Assembly: GCA_964016885.1 (NCBI GenBank)
Contig: OZ024756.1
Span: forward strand, 24,490,001-24,554,000
Direction of reading: 5' to 3'
DNA length: 64,000 nt
DNA from: Eledone cirrhosa
Lineage: Eukaryota
The notes below the pieces were generated by a model. It saw nothing but the letters and a program-made list of their open reading frames with translations, had not been told where the DNA came from and searched no databases. This document shows positions 50,391 to 63,000 of this stretch, one piece after another. The translations under genes and the position numbers were made by a program. The stretch's first letter is position 1; each line of letters starts with the position of its first letter.

Positions 50391-51226
50391 ATATATATAA
50401 TATAAGATCAAAAGATGGTTAAAAGAGTTCCAAATATTTTATTATGCGCATTTCAAAAACAAATATCATCATTTGATGATATCTGCGTTTTCATCAGATA
50501 ATTATATTTGCCTTGCTTTATTGTGCTACAATAAAACTCACCTCCTACATTATATATATATATATATCTTGCAAGCAGGGAAAAGCGGACGTAAAATGAT
50601 GATGATACGAGAGAGAGAGAGAGTGGGGTGAATGAGAGAGAAATTAACGCATCTAGCTACACACATCATCATCATCATTATCATCTTCGTTTAACGTCTA
50701 TTTTCCACGCCAGCATGGGTTAGATGGGAGTTGTCCCACTTGAGTCAAGGTTGGTCGGATGACCGTGTCTCGCTCATATAGGACTATCTGGCAGTCTTTC
50801 TACGGCTGGATGCCCTTCCTAACCCCAACCACATTTAAAGTGTGGAGCTGGGAACTTTTTACCGTGTTACCTACACGGCCACATTACAGCGTGGACTGTG
50901 TGTTTTTTCTCGTGACACCTACACAATCTCGATCTCATTATCTCATTTATTTGGACTGGATGTTGTGGTACCAACTTTATAGAGAGAGGGTGGTGTTGGT
51001 GGGAGTGGGAGGATAGGGTAGGGGTAGTGGATTGGGATGTATATTTGGTTAAGAGGTGCCTACTGACTAGGTTTCGCTTTCTACATAGGCAAGGCGGGTC
51101 TTCTGTATTACTGCGTAGCACCAAAGATCTCGGTCCAGTGACATTGTCTTAGAGAGGTGCAAGTGTGTATGGGGGAGTAGTTTTGAATGTATGATTGAAT
51201 TGAGCGAGAATGTAACACATGCATAG

Positions 51227-51269
<43 letters not shown>

Positions 51270-51667
51270 AGGACCGTCATATTTGTATGATACAAAGAGC
51301 CAGTGAGAGTGTAACTATACACACACATGTAGATATACACACACACACACACTATAAATACCATATAATATATGTTTATATATATATAGTGGTGAAGGCG
51401 TGTGGCTGAGTGGTTAGAGAATTGGATTCACAATCTTGAGGTTGTGAGTTCGAGTCCTGGACCGATCGATGCGTTATGTCCTTGAGCAAGACATTTTATT
51501 TCACGTTGCTCCTTCTACCTGGAGTTGCGACCGATAGATAGTACTAGCAACTGGAAAGACCGATGGAAACATTGTTTCCTCGGTCCGATTTGACGAAAGT
51601 CGATCGCAAAAAAAAAAAAAAAAAAAATATATATATAGTGCTTAAAACCTACTTTATCTCATTGCAG

Positions 51668-53196
51668 ATTGTTATGAATGCTGTGCTAACAATATGATGT
51701 GTGGCCCCGACTGTGACCAAGGATCGAAACTTAAAGGAACCCAATTCAACGATGGCAACTGCGTGAACCCTCGAGAGAAAAGACTCGAACAGATGAGGCA
51801 GTACCAGCGGAAACGGTTAGAGAATGAATCGACTGAGGAACGACAGAAACGGCTAGAACGCATGCGGATGAATTCCAAGGTGCGCGTGGAAAGAAAGCGC
51901 ATGATGGTACAGATGATGAAGACCGGCCAAAAACCTCGTGACAAGGGGTCAACTTTGACTGAGCAGGACTCTCTCCTGCGCTACCCGGACGTCTGTGAGC
52001 AAGATGGGAACGTGGATAACTTCTGTATTGAGCAGACCGGGTTGAAAGGCAAAGAAGACCGCTTGCAGACTGCAAAAGGAAACCCAAACGAGGAACAGTC
52101 TCCTGATTTTGCATACGTCGGCTCAAACCAAAAGGCAGTGGTGAACAGACAGTCGGACTACCTTTATTCCAAGTCGAACATGTCAACAGACAACCACGGC
52201 AAGACAATGTCAGATCGAGACAGTGGGTTTATGGGTCGCAACCAAGTAAACAATAAAATTGTGCCGGAGAGGGGGAGTGTCTTCCCATGTATGGATCAAA
52301 TAACTGGCAAGAACGAACTGGATCGAGCCAGTTTGGGTGGTCCGGTGTTTCCCGGAATGACGCTGATCTCAAACAAGGACACACACGACAAGGGCCCCGT
52401 CTTTCCTTGTATGGATCAGGAGCAAAACAAGAACCTCCCTGCTGACCGAGGAGTAACTGGTGCAGGGGGAGGTGCAGATGTAACCGCAACAGCAACTGGC
52501 GGCGGCGGCGGCGGTGGTGGAGGAGGAGGAGGAGCGACGGCTTCTGGGGCTGGTGGTGGAATGGCAGGAGGGCCGTTCTGTCTGAATCCCTATCAGGCTG
52601 AAGTGACATCGGCTGACAGAGCGTCTATGTTTCCTTACGGTGTTCAGTCCCAGAACAAAGACCCAAATGATAAAGCTGGCGGTGTGATCCATTCATTCTT
52701 CAACCAAAACCAAGGTCGGAACATGACCGACCGAGATATAAACTTCCCTTGCATAATCCCCGAACAGAATCGAATGTCAAACTTCTCGTACATGAACCCT
52801 TACCATGGTGGTGGCGTTGCTGGCGGCAACCTTGACCGGGATGGAAACTGCTCTTACCTGAAAACAGTGCCGGATGTTAGAAAAAAAACTGACCATGGTC
52901 ATCGGAAAAAAGAGGTGGAGTCTTCTAGTTCTGCATTTTCTTCTTCTGTCGTCAACTACGGGAAATCTGCTGATACTGGAATGCAAATGTATTCGAAGCA
53001 AAGTCTCGGCTATATGTGTATTTCGTGTGAAAGGCCATTGCCTAGAGATCAACTGAGTCGATTTTCACCATTTCCTGGTTCGCTGATCCCAGATCACGAT
53101 CCCAACAAACTCGCAGACCAACAGAAGCAGTGGATATGCAAGACCTGTGAGAAATTAAAAAGGAACTACCACTTATTTCCGAACCCCGTCAGCTAA
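51668..53196 (+). CDS. Uncharacterised STPR-repeat protein, terminal coding exon 3 (STPR repeats, Gly-rich tract, C-terminal C4 zinc finger)
   Basis: Acceptor ctttatctcattgcag, phase 1, in frame with the 500-aa ORF; TAA ends at 53196. Contains ESTEERQKRLERMRMNSKVRVER and CISC-x36-CKTC. Confidence 0.87.
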
Positions 53197-53261
53197 TTTT
53201 TCTGCTGTTTTGCAACTTCCATTGAAACAATCTTCCTTATAACACACACTATTCTACATTC

Positions 53262-53510
53262 TATACACTCTACTCCACTCCAAATACCATTACTGCACAA
53301 CACTCCACTTCACAAACCTTCACTCCACTCCAAATACCATCACTTCACAACACTCCAATCTACTCCACTCCAGATACCATCGCTTCACAACACTCCAATC
53401 TACTCCACTCCAGATACCATCGCTTCACAACACTCTACTTCACATATCATCAGTCCACTCCAAATACCAACACTCCACAACACATACCCTCACTCCACTC
53501 CCACATTACT
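53262..53510. repeat. ~40-bp imperfect tandem repeat in the presumptive 3'UTR
   Basis: Unit TACTCCACTCCAGATACCATCGCTTCACAACACTCCAATC. Confidence 0.8.
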
Positions 53511-53634
53511 ACACACCAAATCTACAAAAAATAAAAAAAATAAAAAACAGGCAAAAGAAAGAATTATATATATAGATATGTATGTATACATACATATATA
53601 TGCACATGTATATCTATATAGGTATAGATATACA

Positions 53635-53693
<59 letters not shown>

Positions 53694-54702
53694 CTTTATG
53701 TGTTTATGTGTGTATTTATGAAAACCAGTGGGGTGGTAATGTCTCTCCAAAATTACTCTACTCATAAATTCTATCGTTCCCCTTCATTTTAACCAGAAAA
53801 AACAATGACTTCACGCACATACTAACATATACTAACATACACAATCACACACACACACACAAACACTTTGTCTGAATCTTATGTCCTTCTAAACAAGACA
53901 ATGTTGTTAGTATGTCCTTCTCCCTCCCAGAATCATTTATCATTATGAATCCCTACGCTATACTCAAACACTGGGCCCCTGCCTTCCCCCCCCCCCCCCC
54001 ATTAAACATTCACTTCCAGCCCCTTCCTTACCATCCCGTTAAAATCCAGCCTCAGATTTTGTTAAACTCTAAATCGCATTATCATCTGAATCTAACCCCA
54101 ACCCTACCTACTGAGCTTTGCCCTCTTCAAATAAGGTGGCTGGTTGGCTCATTAGAGCTTTGAACAAACTACCTTATGGTATTTGTTTCAGAGTTTTTAT
54201 TCTGGTACCAGTCAAATGCTGGGGTAGATTTAAACACATTCGCTTTCCCAAAATTGCTGGTCTTGTGCCTAAATCAGAAATCATTATCATTATTGTTATT
54301 ATTGTTATTATTTATTATTTATTATTATTATTATTAGGGCGGTGAACTGGCAATATTGGTAGAGTGTCAGACACCATGTTCCGAAGCATAGAGTTATGAC
54401 TTTTTATAATTTCTGAGTTCAAAGCCTGCGACAGTTAACTTTGCCTTTCATCCTTACGGGGTCGATAAAATAAAGTACCAGTAATACACTGGATAATTGC
54501 TGGCCTTGTGCCAAAAGTAGAAACCATTATTATCATTATCATTGGTAATGTTGGACAACATGCTTTGTGGCATGTAGTTACGTCTCTCTACATTCTGAGT
54601 TCAAATGCTGCCAAGTTTAGTTTTTGTAATGCACTGAGGTCGATTTAATTGACTTTCCTCTCCCCGCAAATTGTTAGCCTTGTGCCTAAATCAGAAAGCA
54701 TT

Positions 54703-54898
54703 TTGGCAGTATCGGTAGAGGGTCGGACGCCATGCTTTCCAGCATAGTTACGTCCCTTTACGATCTGAGTTCAAATCCCGCCGAGGTTGACTTTGCCTTT
54801 CATCCTTACGGGGTCGATAAAATAAAGTACCAGTAATGCACTGGGTAATTGCTGGCCTTGTGCCTAAAGTAGAAACAATTATTATTATTATTATTATT
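54703..54898 (+). mobile_element. tRNA-derived SINE, full length, within a cluster (about 54338-55025)
   Basis: TTGGCAGTATCGG A-box-like head, GAGTTCAAATCC B box, conserved core, (ATT)n tail; neighbours at 54338 and 54898. Confidence 0.9.
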
Positions 54899-55944
54899 GG
54901 CAGTATAGGTAGAGCATCAGACATCATGCTTTGCAGCATAGAGTTATGGCCCTTTGCGTTCTGAGTTCAAATCCCGCCGAGGTTAGCTTTGCCTTTCATC
55001 CTTACGGAGTCGATAAAATAAAGTTTCATTGAAATACTGGGATCAGTATAACCAACTGTTCCCTCTCCAGTTCTCTCCCAACATTCTCATTACCTAAACA
55101 GTCAAGTCTCGTAATGTGACAACTCGTCTAACCCATGCAAATATGGAAAATAGAAATTGAGTGGTGATGATTCCAGAGTCAGGCACGATCGATCGCAAAA
55201 CGCGAACCACATGTAAATTGACTCCAGTGCATTACTGGTGCTTTATTTTATCGATCCTGTATCATCATTATCATCGTTTAATATCCATTTTCCACGCTAG
55301 CATGGGTTAAACGAGTTGTCCCATTTGAGACAAGTTAGGTCAGGTGATGTGTCTTGCTCATACGGAACTGTTTTATTTAGTGTGTGGACTAGGAGCTGGG
55401 TCAGCGGGTGTAAGGACATGAGAGGTATATGAAAATGGAGAGGTGGATAGGGGTAAAGTGGTGTATATTAGATACATATATATATATATATATACATATG
55501 TATATTTGTTTACTCTATTATGTGTTCCAGCCGACAGGTTGAAGCCATGTTCGGGCACTGCCATATGTACTCAATTCATTAGTAGCGTATAGCCATGTTT
55601 ATTATATAGAAATGACTTGGTGACTTCTACAGGACTTCATTAAACATAAGCAATGGTATAGACTAATATATACTATATTTTGTGATTTATTAGATGCATA
55701 GTTTCCTCTATAGTCATTGATGGGAATTTTATGTTTGAAATAAGTGTTTCAAGTTAAAATAAGGTATGCCATATGTTTTAATCTATACCTAAATCAAACC
55801 TAACTTGACTTCTGTATCCAAAATAACATATTTGATTTGAATTTAGAGTTCCATCCTGGTTTGTGATAAGTTTGTCACAATTACTGAAGAATTCAACCTA
55901 AAATGAGATTAGGTTTCAGTGGAGTAAATATTATTTGGTGTGGA

Positions 55945-56125
55945 TTGGCAGTGTCGGTAGAGGGTCGGATGCCATGCTTTCCAGCATAGTTACGTCCCTT
56001 TACGATCTGAGTTCAAATCCCGCCGAGGTTGACTTTACCTTTCATCCTTACGGGGTCGATAAAATAAAGTACCAGTAATGCACTGGGTAATTGCTGGCCT
56101 TGTGCCTAAAGTAAAAACAATTATT
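55945..56125 (+). mobile_element. tRNA-derived SINE
   Basis: Near-identical to the 54703 copy. Confidence 0.9.
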
Positions 56126-56187
56126 TGGTATTACCATCTAAATATATGTGTCTAATGCATCTGAGAGTCTTATAAATCACAAAATAT

Positions 56188-56225
<38 letters not shown>

Positions 56226-56396
56226 TAATAATAAATTTGAAGACTAAAATCCAAAGAGGGCTCGATAAGGATAAATATATATCAAATATATAAGAACCCT
56301 AGAGCAAATATTTATTAAAATAACAGATTAAAGTTTAAGCAAAGAATCGCTGCTTTCACCCTTAACGGGATCTTCTGAAAGTCATATATGTACATA

Positions 56397-56670
56397 CAGT
56401 GGAACCTCAGTTCACAAACTTAATTCATTCCTGAAGGCTGTTGGTACTCAAAATGTTCGTAAACTGACATTATTTTCCCATACAAAATGTTGAGAGAGAG
56501 ATTGTGTGTGAAAGACAGATAGATATTACCATATTTAACTACACAGCAAGTGATGCTTTCCCGCCTTACGCTCCCAGCTTGTCGCTAACCGTTGTTGCTG
56601 GCTTGCATGTTTGTTACTCATGTTCAGAAAAATTGATCGTGATAAGAAACATTCTTGAATTGAGGTTCCA

Positions 56671-56673
<3 letters not shown>
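56397..56673. mobile_element. Tc1/mariner (Tigger/pogo-like) MITE
   Basis: TA-CAGTGGAACCTCAGTTCA ... TGAATTGAGGTTCCACT terminal inverted repeats in a TA context. Confidence 0.7.
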
Positions 56674-56732
<59 letters not shown>

Positions 56733-56738
<6 letters not shown>

Positions 56739-56866
56739 TTTATTATGGCTATGGAGTGAGTCTTGTTACTCTGGAGTTTCACCTGCACATTCACACATCA
56801 TCAGGTGCGTGCGCCAGTGAAACTCCAGAGTAACAAGACACCCTACTTAGCCATAATATATGAATA
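56733..56866. repeat. Hairpin/foldback repeat next to (TA)n; related copy at about 5071-5173
   Basis: GTCTTGTTACTCTGGAGTTTCAC pairs with GTGAAACTCCAGAGTAACAAGAC; TATTATGGCTA with TAGCCATAATA. Confidence 0.8.
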
Positions 56867-57479
56867 TTCAAACTATACTTCAGTATTAAGTACTCTTTCC
56901 TCTTAGCTGCCAATATGGATTTATATTTATATATATATAGCATCATCATCATCATTTAGCATCTGTTTTCTCTGCTAGTAAGGGTTAAATGGGTTGACAA
57001 TCGGTACTCAAGCAGAGCTACTGATCTCTCAGATGGGATGTGGCCCACATCTCACATTCATGCTCTCTACTGAGTGTATATTGTTCTGGTACCTGTACTG
57101 GGGAGGTTGGCATATCTTTGACACGACTGAAGAGTTCTCCTGACACAAGTTTTCTATGACTGGATGTCCTTCCTATCATCCAGACACTTTACAGAATATA
57201 TTGGTGTATTTATTGTGTTGATCACCAACACTAGAGAGATTGTCATGTCTTTGTCACAACTGAAGAGTCCTCCCAACTCTATTTGGCATCTTGCAGCTGG
57301 ACTGCTAACATCGTGTTTCAAACTATGGCAAGCATATCAAAACAAAACAAAAAATCTACACCTTAATACCTGTCTGATGACAACACATCAAATGATTATT
57401 AGGCAATCACTTTGATGTCTTCAAAATATGTAAAACAGGATTATATAATAAACAGGATGTATACATAAAACTCTCTTCT

Positions 57480-57523
<44 letters not shown>

Positions 57524-59852
57524 GTATAAAATAGTTTAGATGAGTTGATAGTACAACTATATAAAGGCAAAGAATAATTCAAAGCTCAAATGTGAATTTT
57601 TAGTCCACAGCAATAATAGGTAAAAAACAGTTCAGAGTTTAATCCAATCAGTAAATTTCCAATCACAGTAGTTTTACAATATTACAGAGCATATATATAA
57701 ATCAATAAAGAATAACCAGGATTAAATTACATTAAATTATTTAATTGATTTTCAAATGTTTCAATCAATACAACAGGAATATTCATTTTTGCTGTATTGA
57801 TTTCTGCAGAATCTATTAAACAACATAACAAATATTTACCATCCACATATTTGAACATCTAAATTGCAAAAGCCAATATAGCAGAAATGTATTTTCCTGT
57901 TGTATCGATTGAAACGTTCATAAATCAATTAGATAATTTAATGTAATTTAATCCTACTTATTTTTTATTAATTTCATATATATATATATCATTTTACATC
58001 TGCCTTTTTAAACTTGCATGGGTTGGACGGTTCCTCTCCAGTACAACTTCCCTTCACTTGCAGTGTCCCTTATCATTTCCTTTGAGGTTCAGTGTTCTGA
58101 GATTAACTCTAACCACCCCTGCCCAGATATTCCTTGGTCTTCCTCTACTGCATCTTCTTTCCACTGATATCTCTTGGCACTTCTTCACCCAGCAAGAATC
58201 ATCCATATATATGTCTGTGTGTGTGTGTGTTCTTGGATGGAGGAGAACTGAATTGATTTGAGATCAAATGTACAAGTTGGTTTTTCATGTCAGCTCTTTG
58301 AATGTTCTTCACTTGTGTTTGTGTATGTGTGTGTGTGATACCTCTTTGAGAAAGACAGAGTGGAGAGTGAGATAATTGAACCATTTCTCTGATGCCTTGT
58401 TTCTTACTGAGAAATCATCATGATTGCAAATTGAAGAAATATAACAACTGCCACAACTAAAACAACAGTCACAACTGTAATAACAACTACAATCACAACT
58501 ACAACAGCCACAATTGTAACCACAACCACCACCACCACCACCACCACCGCCAACCATGACCTCAATGGCCACCATAACAAACACCACCACCAAAGCCACA
58601 AAAACAACCACAATAATCTGTAAAACACAGTAACAAGCCCTAACAACTTCCTTTCCTTTTCGTTTACATTTCCATCTGTCATTTCATCCCTTTAACCCTT
58701 TTATTTTTCCTCAGTCAGGGTAGGTGTGTTGTGTTATTTTTATTATCAAACGCTCATTGTATGGTTTATTTTTTTCTGATGTTGTTGTTCTTGAAACTGA
58801 ATCAAATATCAAATGTAGACATTTTGAAAGCAACTTCTGCTCCTAACACTTTTGTTAACATATATCTAATGAAACATGATACTATATGATTTTCAAATAA
58901 TTTTTAAATATAATGAACAAATTCAGGGGATTTATATTATTACAAACTTTGTCATTATGAACTTGGCGTTTGGAACATAACTTAACAAAGGTTCCTACAT
59001 GATAAAATTATGTTGGGACATTTTTAGACACTTGAACCCTTTTGTTAGTATATTTCTAATGAAAGAAGCTGCCTATTATTATCAAATAATTATGATGGAA
59101 GATTTTTAGATAAATATAAATACTTTAAAACACAACTTTGTAATGTAGAATGAAGGGATAGTTTTGGGTGGTTTGGTATCAAAAGGGTTAATTTGCAAAG
59201 AAACAAAAACAAGCAAGCACACGTATATATAGACACACATAGACAGACACACACTCGTAGAAATATACGCAGACACACTGAGAGACATATACACACACAC
59301 ACACACTCATAGACATACACAGGCACATACACACACACACACACAAAACATAAAAGATTTACTTACTAATATTTTTTATTCTTGCTTAAATATTTTGATT
59401 AAATATTTTAATATTTTTTTTTTCTTCTGTTCCAAAATATCTTGGTAGAAAATTGCTTTGATGTGTGGTGACAGTATCAATAAAAATGTTGAAATACAAC
59501 AAAAATTAGCATTAGATACCAAAATGTTTGTGAAGAATTATTTTTGTAACAAAAATCCCCCTCAAAAGTCAGTAAGCAAATCTTGGATTCAAATATTTTT
59601 GTTCACTTGGTTTTTTAATTCTTGTTTTATTATTTTTTTGTTTGCTTTTTGTAATAGGCAAAAGTTATTTTATATTTATATATATGTGTGTATGTGTATA
59701 TATATGTGTGTGTGTGTCTGAGTGTGCTTCGCTTCCAAAGTTAAAACTAAAATTTGTATATATCTGAGTGTATGTGAGTGTATGGGAACGTGTGTGTGTG
59801 CTCTTTGCTTTCACTAGTAAAACTAATTTTTGTCTATATTATCATTATTATT

Positions 59853-60040
59853 TTGGCAGTAGCGGTAGAGGATCGGATGCCATGCTTTGCAGCAAAGAGT
59901 TACGGGCCTTTATGGTCTGAGTTCAAATCCCGCCGAGGTTAACTTCGCCTTTCATCCTTACGGAGTCGATAAAATAAAGTACCAGTAATGCACTGGGTAA
60001 TTGCTGGCCTTGTGCCAAAAGTAGAAACAATTATTATTAC
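59853..60040 (+). mobile_element. tRNA-derived SINE
   Basis: Near-identical to the 54703 copy. Confidence 0.9.
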
Positions 60041-63000
60041 TAATATAACAAGTGGTGGTGGTGGTGGTAGTGGAGAGGGAGGAGATCAGAATCAGTAGAG
60101 TGTTGCACAGAATCACCTTGAACTGTTTGAGTTATGTCCCCTTTTTACATTCTGAAGTAAAAATCCCACCGAGGTTAAATTTATCTGTCATTCTTCAGGG
60201 TGTGTGGGGTGGGGGTGGGCAGTCAATACAATACTTCTTCAGGGAAGGGTGGAGAGTTAACTGACTTGTACACCTTAATTTTTAAAATGCTTAGACCTTC
60301 ACCCCATACCTCTGTTAAAAATCATACTAACCTGACCCAAACCACCTGTTTTAACAGGTTCCTATTTAAATTTAAATCTTCCAACATAATTTTATATAAG
60401 TACGATATGTTAAATTACTATCTTAGTACGGAAATAATTAATAATTATAGTAAATTCCTCAGAAATTATTAACCCTTTTTATACTAACCTGGCCCTAACC
60501 AGCTCTGGATTTTATATGACCCATCATCATCATCTACATTCAATGTTCATATCTCCCATTAGAAAAGGTTGAATCATATGTTAAGTTACTATCTTAGTAA
60601 TTGAATAATTGAGAATTTTAGTAAATCCCTCAAAATTCTTCATTAATTAATTGAAATACAGGGTTCCTATTTAAATTAAAATCTTCCAACAAAGTTTTAT
60701 ATAAGAACCATGTTAAGTTACTATCAAAATAATTTAAATAAAAAATCTTATGCTAGTATCTTCATAATGTTAAGTTAATATCTTAGTAATTAAAGAATTT
60801 TAGTGAATCCCTCAAAATCTTTCATTAATTAATTGAAATAGAGTATATTACATCAGAAATATGAACGCAAAAAGGTTAAATCTTATAACATGAACAGTGG
60901 GTGACAATGGATTGAGTGTATTAAGTTGAAATCCCACCAACATCCGACAATTTCTGCCCCCTACCTCACCTTTGGCAAGTGATTAAAAAAATACAACAGT
61001 CAATATTGTGGTTTTGTTTATCCGTTTCTAATGAAAGATTGTGTTTATGATTTTCAAATAATTTTGAAAATATTCAAGAGTATATCAAAATATATGGTAT
61101 AAAATTATAATAGAAGGTTTATAGTTAAACATGAACACTTTAAGAGAGTTTTTCACCATTGAACCAAGAAGGTATTTTCAGGTGGGTTGATATCAGTTGT
61201 CTGATTTTGCTCATGTCAGGGTGTAGCCGTACTCACCACACTTGGCCAATTGCAGGCTGGTGAAGCTATTTAGCCCATAGTTGGGCTGGATGGCCAATGA
61301 CTCTGAGGAGTTTATTTGCCATTTTAACAACTTTTGTTTTTTGTGCTGCTGGAGTTCCACTTACCTTCCTCACCAAACCAGAGTCTGGTGGGGGAACCGG
61401 TTTAGTCGCTGAACATTGAAACATGAAGTAAGTTGTATTGGGTTACATGGTACCAGTAACAGGTAGAAGCCTGACTTGGTCCAATACGGCTGGGGATAGG
61501 AAGCAGTGGAGGTCAAACAGGGAGGGGTTCTTCCAAAGGATTTGAGGATGCCCTGGATTTGGAAACTTTTTGTATACTAGATGACTATTCTTGTCACAAC
61601 AGTAGATTGTAGGAAGGGAATTCAGTTGTTAATCCCCACCTCTCTCCTTATCCAAATCTTCAAAACATTGCATTAGTGTCCCAAACCACAATTGCTTGTG
61701 GGCCGGGATGCTAATACAGTTAACTAGGAGGGCACTATGGGGATGTATGACTGGCTTGAAATAGCAGCCAAATCTACCTCAAATCATCCCATACCATTAT
61801 AAAGAAAAAAAAGACATGTTGGACAATGTGGTCATCAATTTCTTTCACATAGGAGAAAAATGGAATGGTCATGGTTGGAAAACCTTGGATCATAGGTCTG
61901 CTCAATCAGAGTTGATCTAGGGTTAAACAACAATGAAAGAACTTTTATGTGGTCACTGAACTGGCAGGAAACAACAGCTGAATGTCCTTCATATCGTCCT
62001 ACTGTCTTAGCAAAAGGACACATTAGATAGTGTAGTCTAAGGTACACTGTGTCTGAATAACTGATTATATGTGATGGTCATAGTTGCTTAATTAGGGCTG
62101 ACATTGGGTTAAATAACAAAGTAAATTACTTGGAAAGAGGCAATATTTAATGTGTTGGCTACTGTTCAGTTTATAGTCTTATGTTACTTAAAGTTTCATA
62201 TCTTTATAGTAATCATTAGAATGGGATGAAGTCAGCAGTTCTAATGATTTGACTAAGGACATGAAGCTTTAAGAAACAATGCTTTTAGCTGAACTATAAC
62301 CAAAGGGAGAGGTTAGAAACTGAAACTGCTTGGGCTTGTGGATAAATCTCCATCTTATTAATATATATATTATTATTAATTAAGGATTCATATATTTCTT
62401 TGGGACTCACATCCTCCAAATCATGAATTATTGTCCTAAAATTACCCAGTAATATAAAAATGTGGAGACATTAATAAAATGATCTTTGGTTGTCAATTGA
62501 TTTAAATGTATGTATGTGTATATATATATATATGTGTACACACACATACCCACTCTGCATCCCATCATGTATTGAGTACTACTCTGATTTGTGGTCTTTA
62601 CTGTTTAATGTCCATTTTCCATGCTAGCATGGGTTAGGCAGTTGACCCATTGTGAGTCAAGCCATATCAGATGACCATGTCTTGCTCATAGAAGACTGGT
62701 TTTGGTTTGATTTCTATAGCTGGATGCCCTTCCTAACGCCAACTACATTTACAGTGTGGACTGGGCGCTTTTTGTTCATGTCTACCAATGTTATTTTTCC
62801 AAACTCAAGAAAGCGTTTGAAAGCAAAAGCAACAGAGAGGAGCTCCAACTAGATCCTGTCAACTAAATCTCTATATGGTTTAAATATGCAACAAGTCTCC
62901 AATATTTGAATGGCTAAATGTCAGCAGAAGGGCACCCAGGAAACATGACCTGGATGTGGCCCGGCCTCTTTAGAGAGTAAGAAGTTAAGGGTCAAAACAC

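Noticed and set aside
51746-53052. Antisense ORFs over exon 3 (similar ones at 32314-32598 and 49090-49801)
   Set aside because: Shadow frames of the real plus-strand coding exons.
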